A DNA stretch of 45,381 nucleotides from Gammaproteobacteria bacterium (lineage in GTDB: Bacteria > Pseudomonadota > Gammaproteobacteria > JACCXJ01), in assembly GCA_050740655.1 (NCBI GenBank), contig JBOIDW010000024.1, positions 1-45,381 on the forward strand, read 5' to 3'. Below are positions 45,295 through 45,381 of the stretch, in pieces. Numbering within the stretch: position 1 is the first letter of the stretch; each line of letters opens with the position of its first letter. The position numbers were made by a program, and so were the translations under genes. The notes under the pieces were generated by a model. It made no database searches and had not been told where the DNA came from. It was given only the letters and a program-made list of their open reading frames with translations.

Positions 45295-45381
45295 CCCTCT
45301 CCCTCCGGGAGAGGGTTGGGGTGAGGGGATAGAATAAGGGTAACTCATTAGTTTTATACCCCCTCATCCTAACCTTCTCCC
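45295..45381. repeat. REP/BIME-like extragenic palindromic element (runs off the window)
   Basis: Hairpin CCCTCTCC-ctcc-GGGAGAGGG, followed by GGTTGGGGTGAGGGG. After an AT-rich 33-nt spacer comes its near reverse complement CCCCCTCATCCTAACC, then TTCTCCC. Its translation gives the PSPQPSPGGRG string typical of spurious ORFs over such repeats. Confidence 0.6.

Noticed and set aside
1-45381. Scan for tRNA (GGTTCGAATCC-type T-loops on both strands), rRNA, CRISPR repeat arrays, tandem repeats and known defence-system signatures.
   Set aside because: No T-loop-like 11-mers in plausible cloverleaf context, and no regularly spaced direct repeats. No nuclease/helicase/methylase-type ORFs beyond housekeeping genes. 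Nothing to report.

Overview
GC-rich proteobacterial chromosome segment. Gene order is typical of Gammaproteobacteria: pilBCD-coaE-zapD-yacG, secDF, tesA/ybbA, panC, purC, mnmA, mgtE, cysG, sat. About 42 protein genes are supportable. I saw no rRNA, tRNA or CRISPR array. Four pockets are not ordinary housekeeping. (i) An IS4-family insertion sequence at about 0.6-2.0 kb, lying against a gene remnant. (ii) A roughly 6 kb PQQ/lanthanide-type alcohol dehydrogenase neighbourhood at 24.5-30.6 kb. It holds an XoxF-like enzyme with the D-x-D lanthanide signature behind an ~870 nt non-coding leader, then two small secreted proteins (a lipoprotein and a His-depleted SmbP-like helical-repeat protein), a highly charged secreted protein with a surface-antigen-type C-terminus, and a binding-protein plus YVTN beta-propeller pair. 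No ABC ATPase/permease, xoxG or xoxJ lies nearby. (iii) A translationally coupled three-gene module at 37.3-40.3 kb: a DUF785 retropepsin-like protease, a soluble-domain/7TM membrane protein and a RimK-like ATP-grasp ligase. To my knowledge this module is described only computationally. Its protease gene shows an apparent compensated double frameshift. (iv) A 25-codon hydrophobic ORF with a perfect Shine-Dalgarno, between mgtE and an orphan multi-TM histidine kinase. All functional names come from motif and family recognition by eye; no database search or folding program was run.
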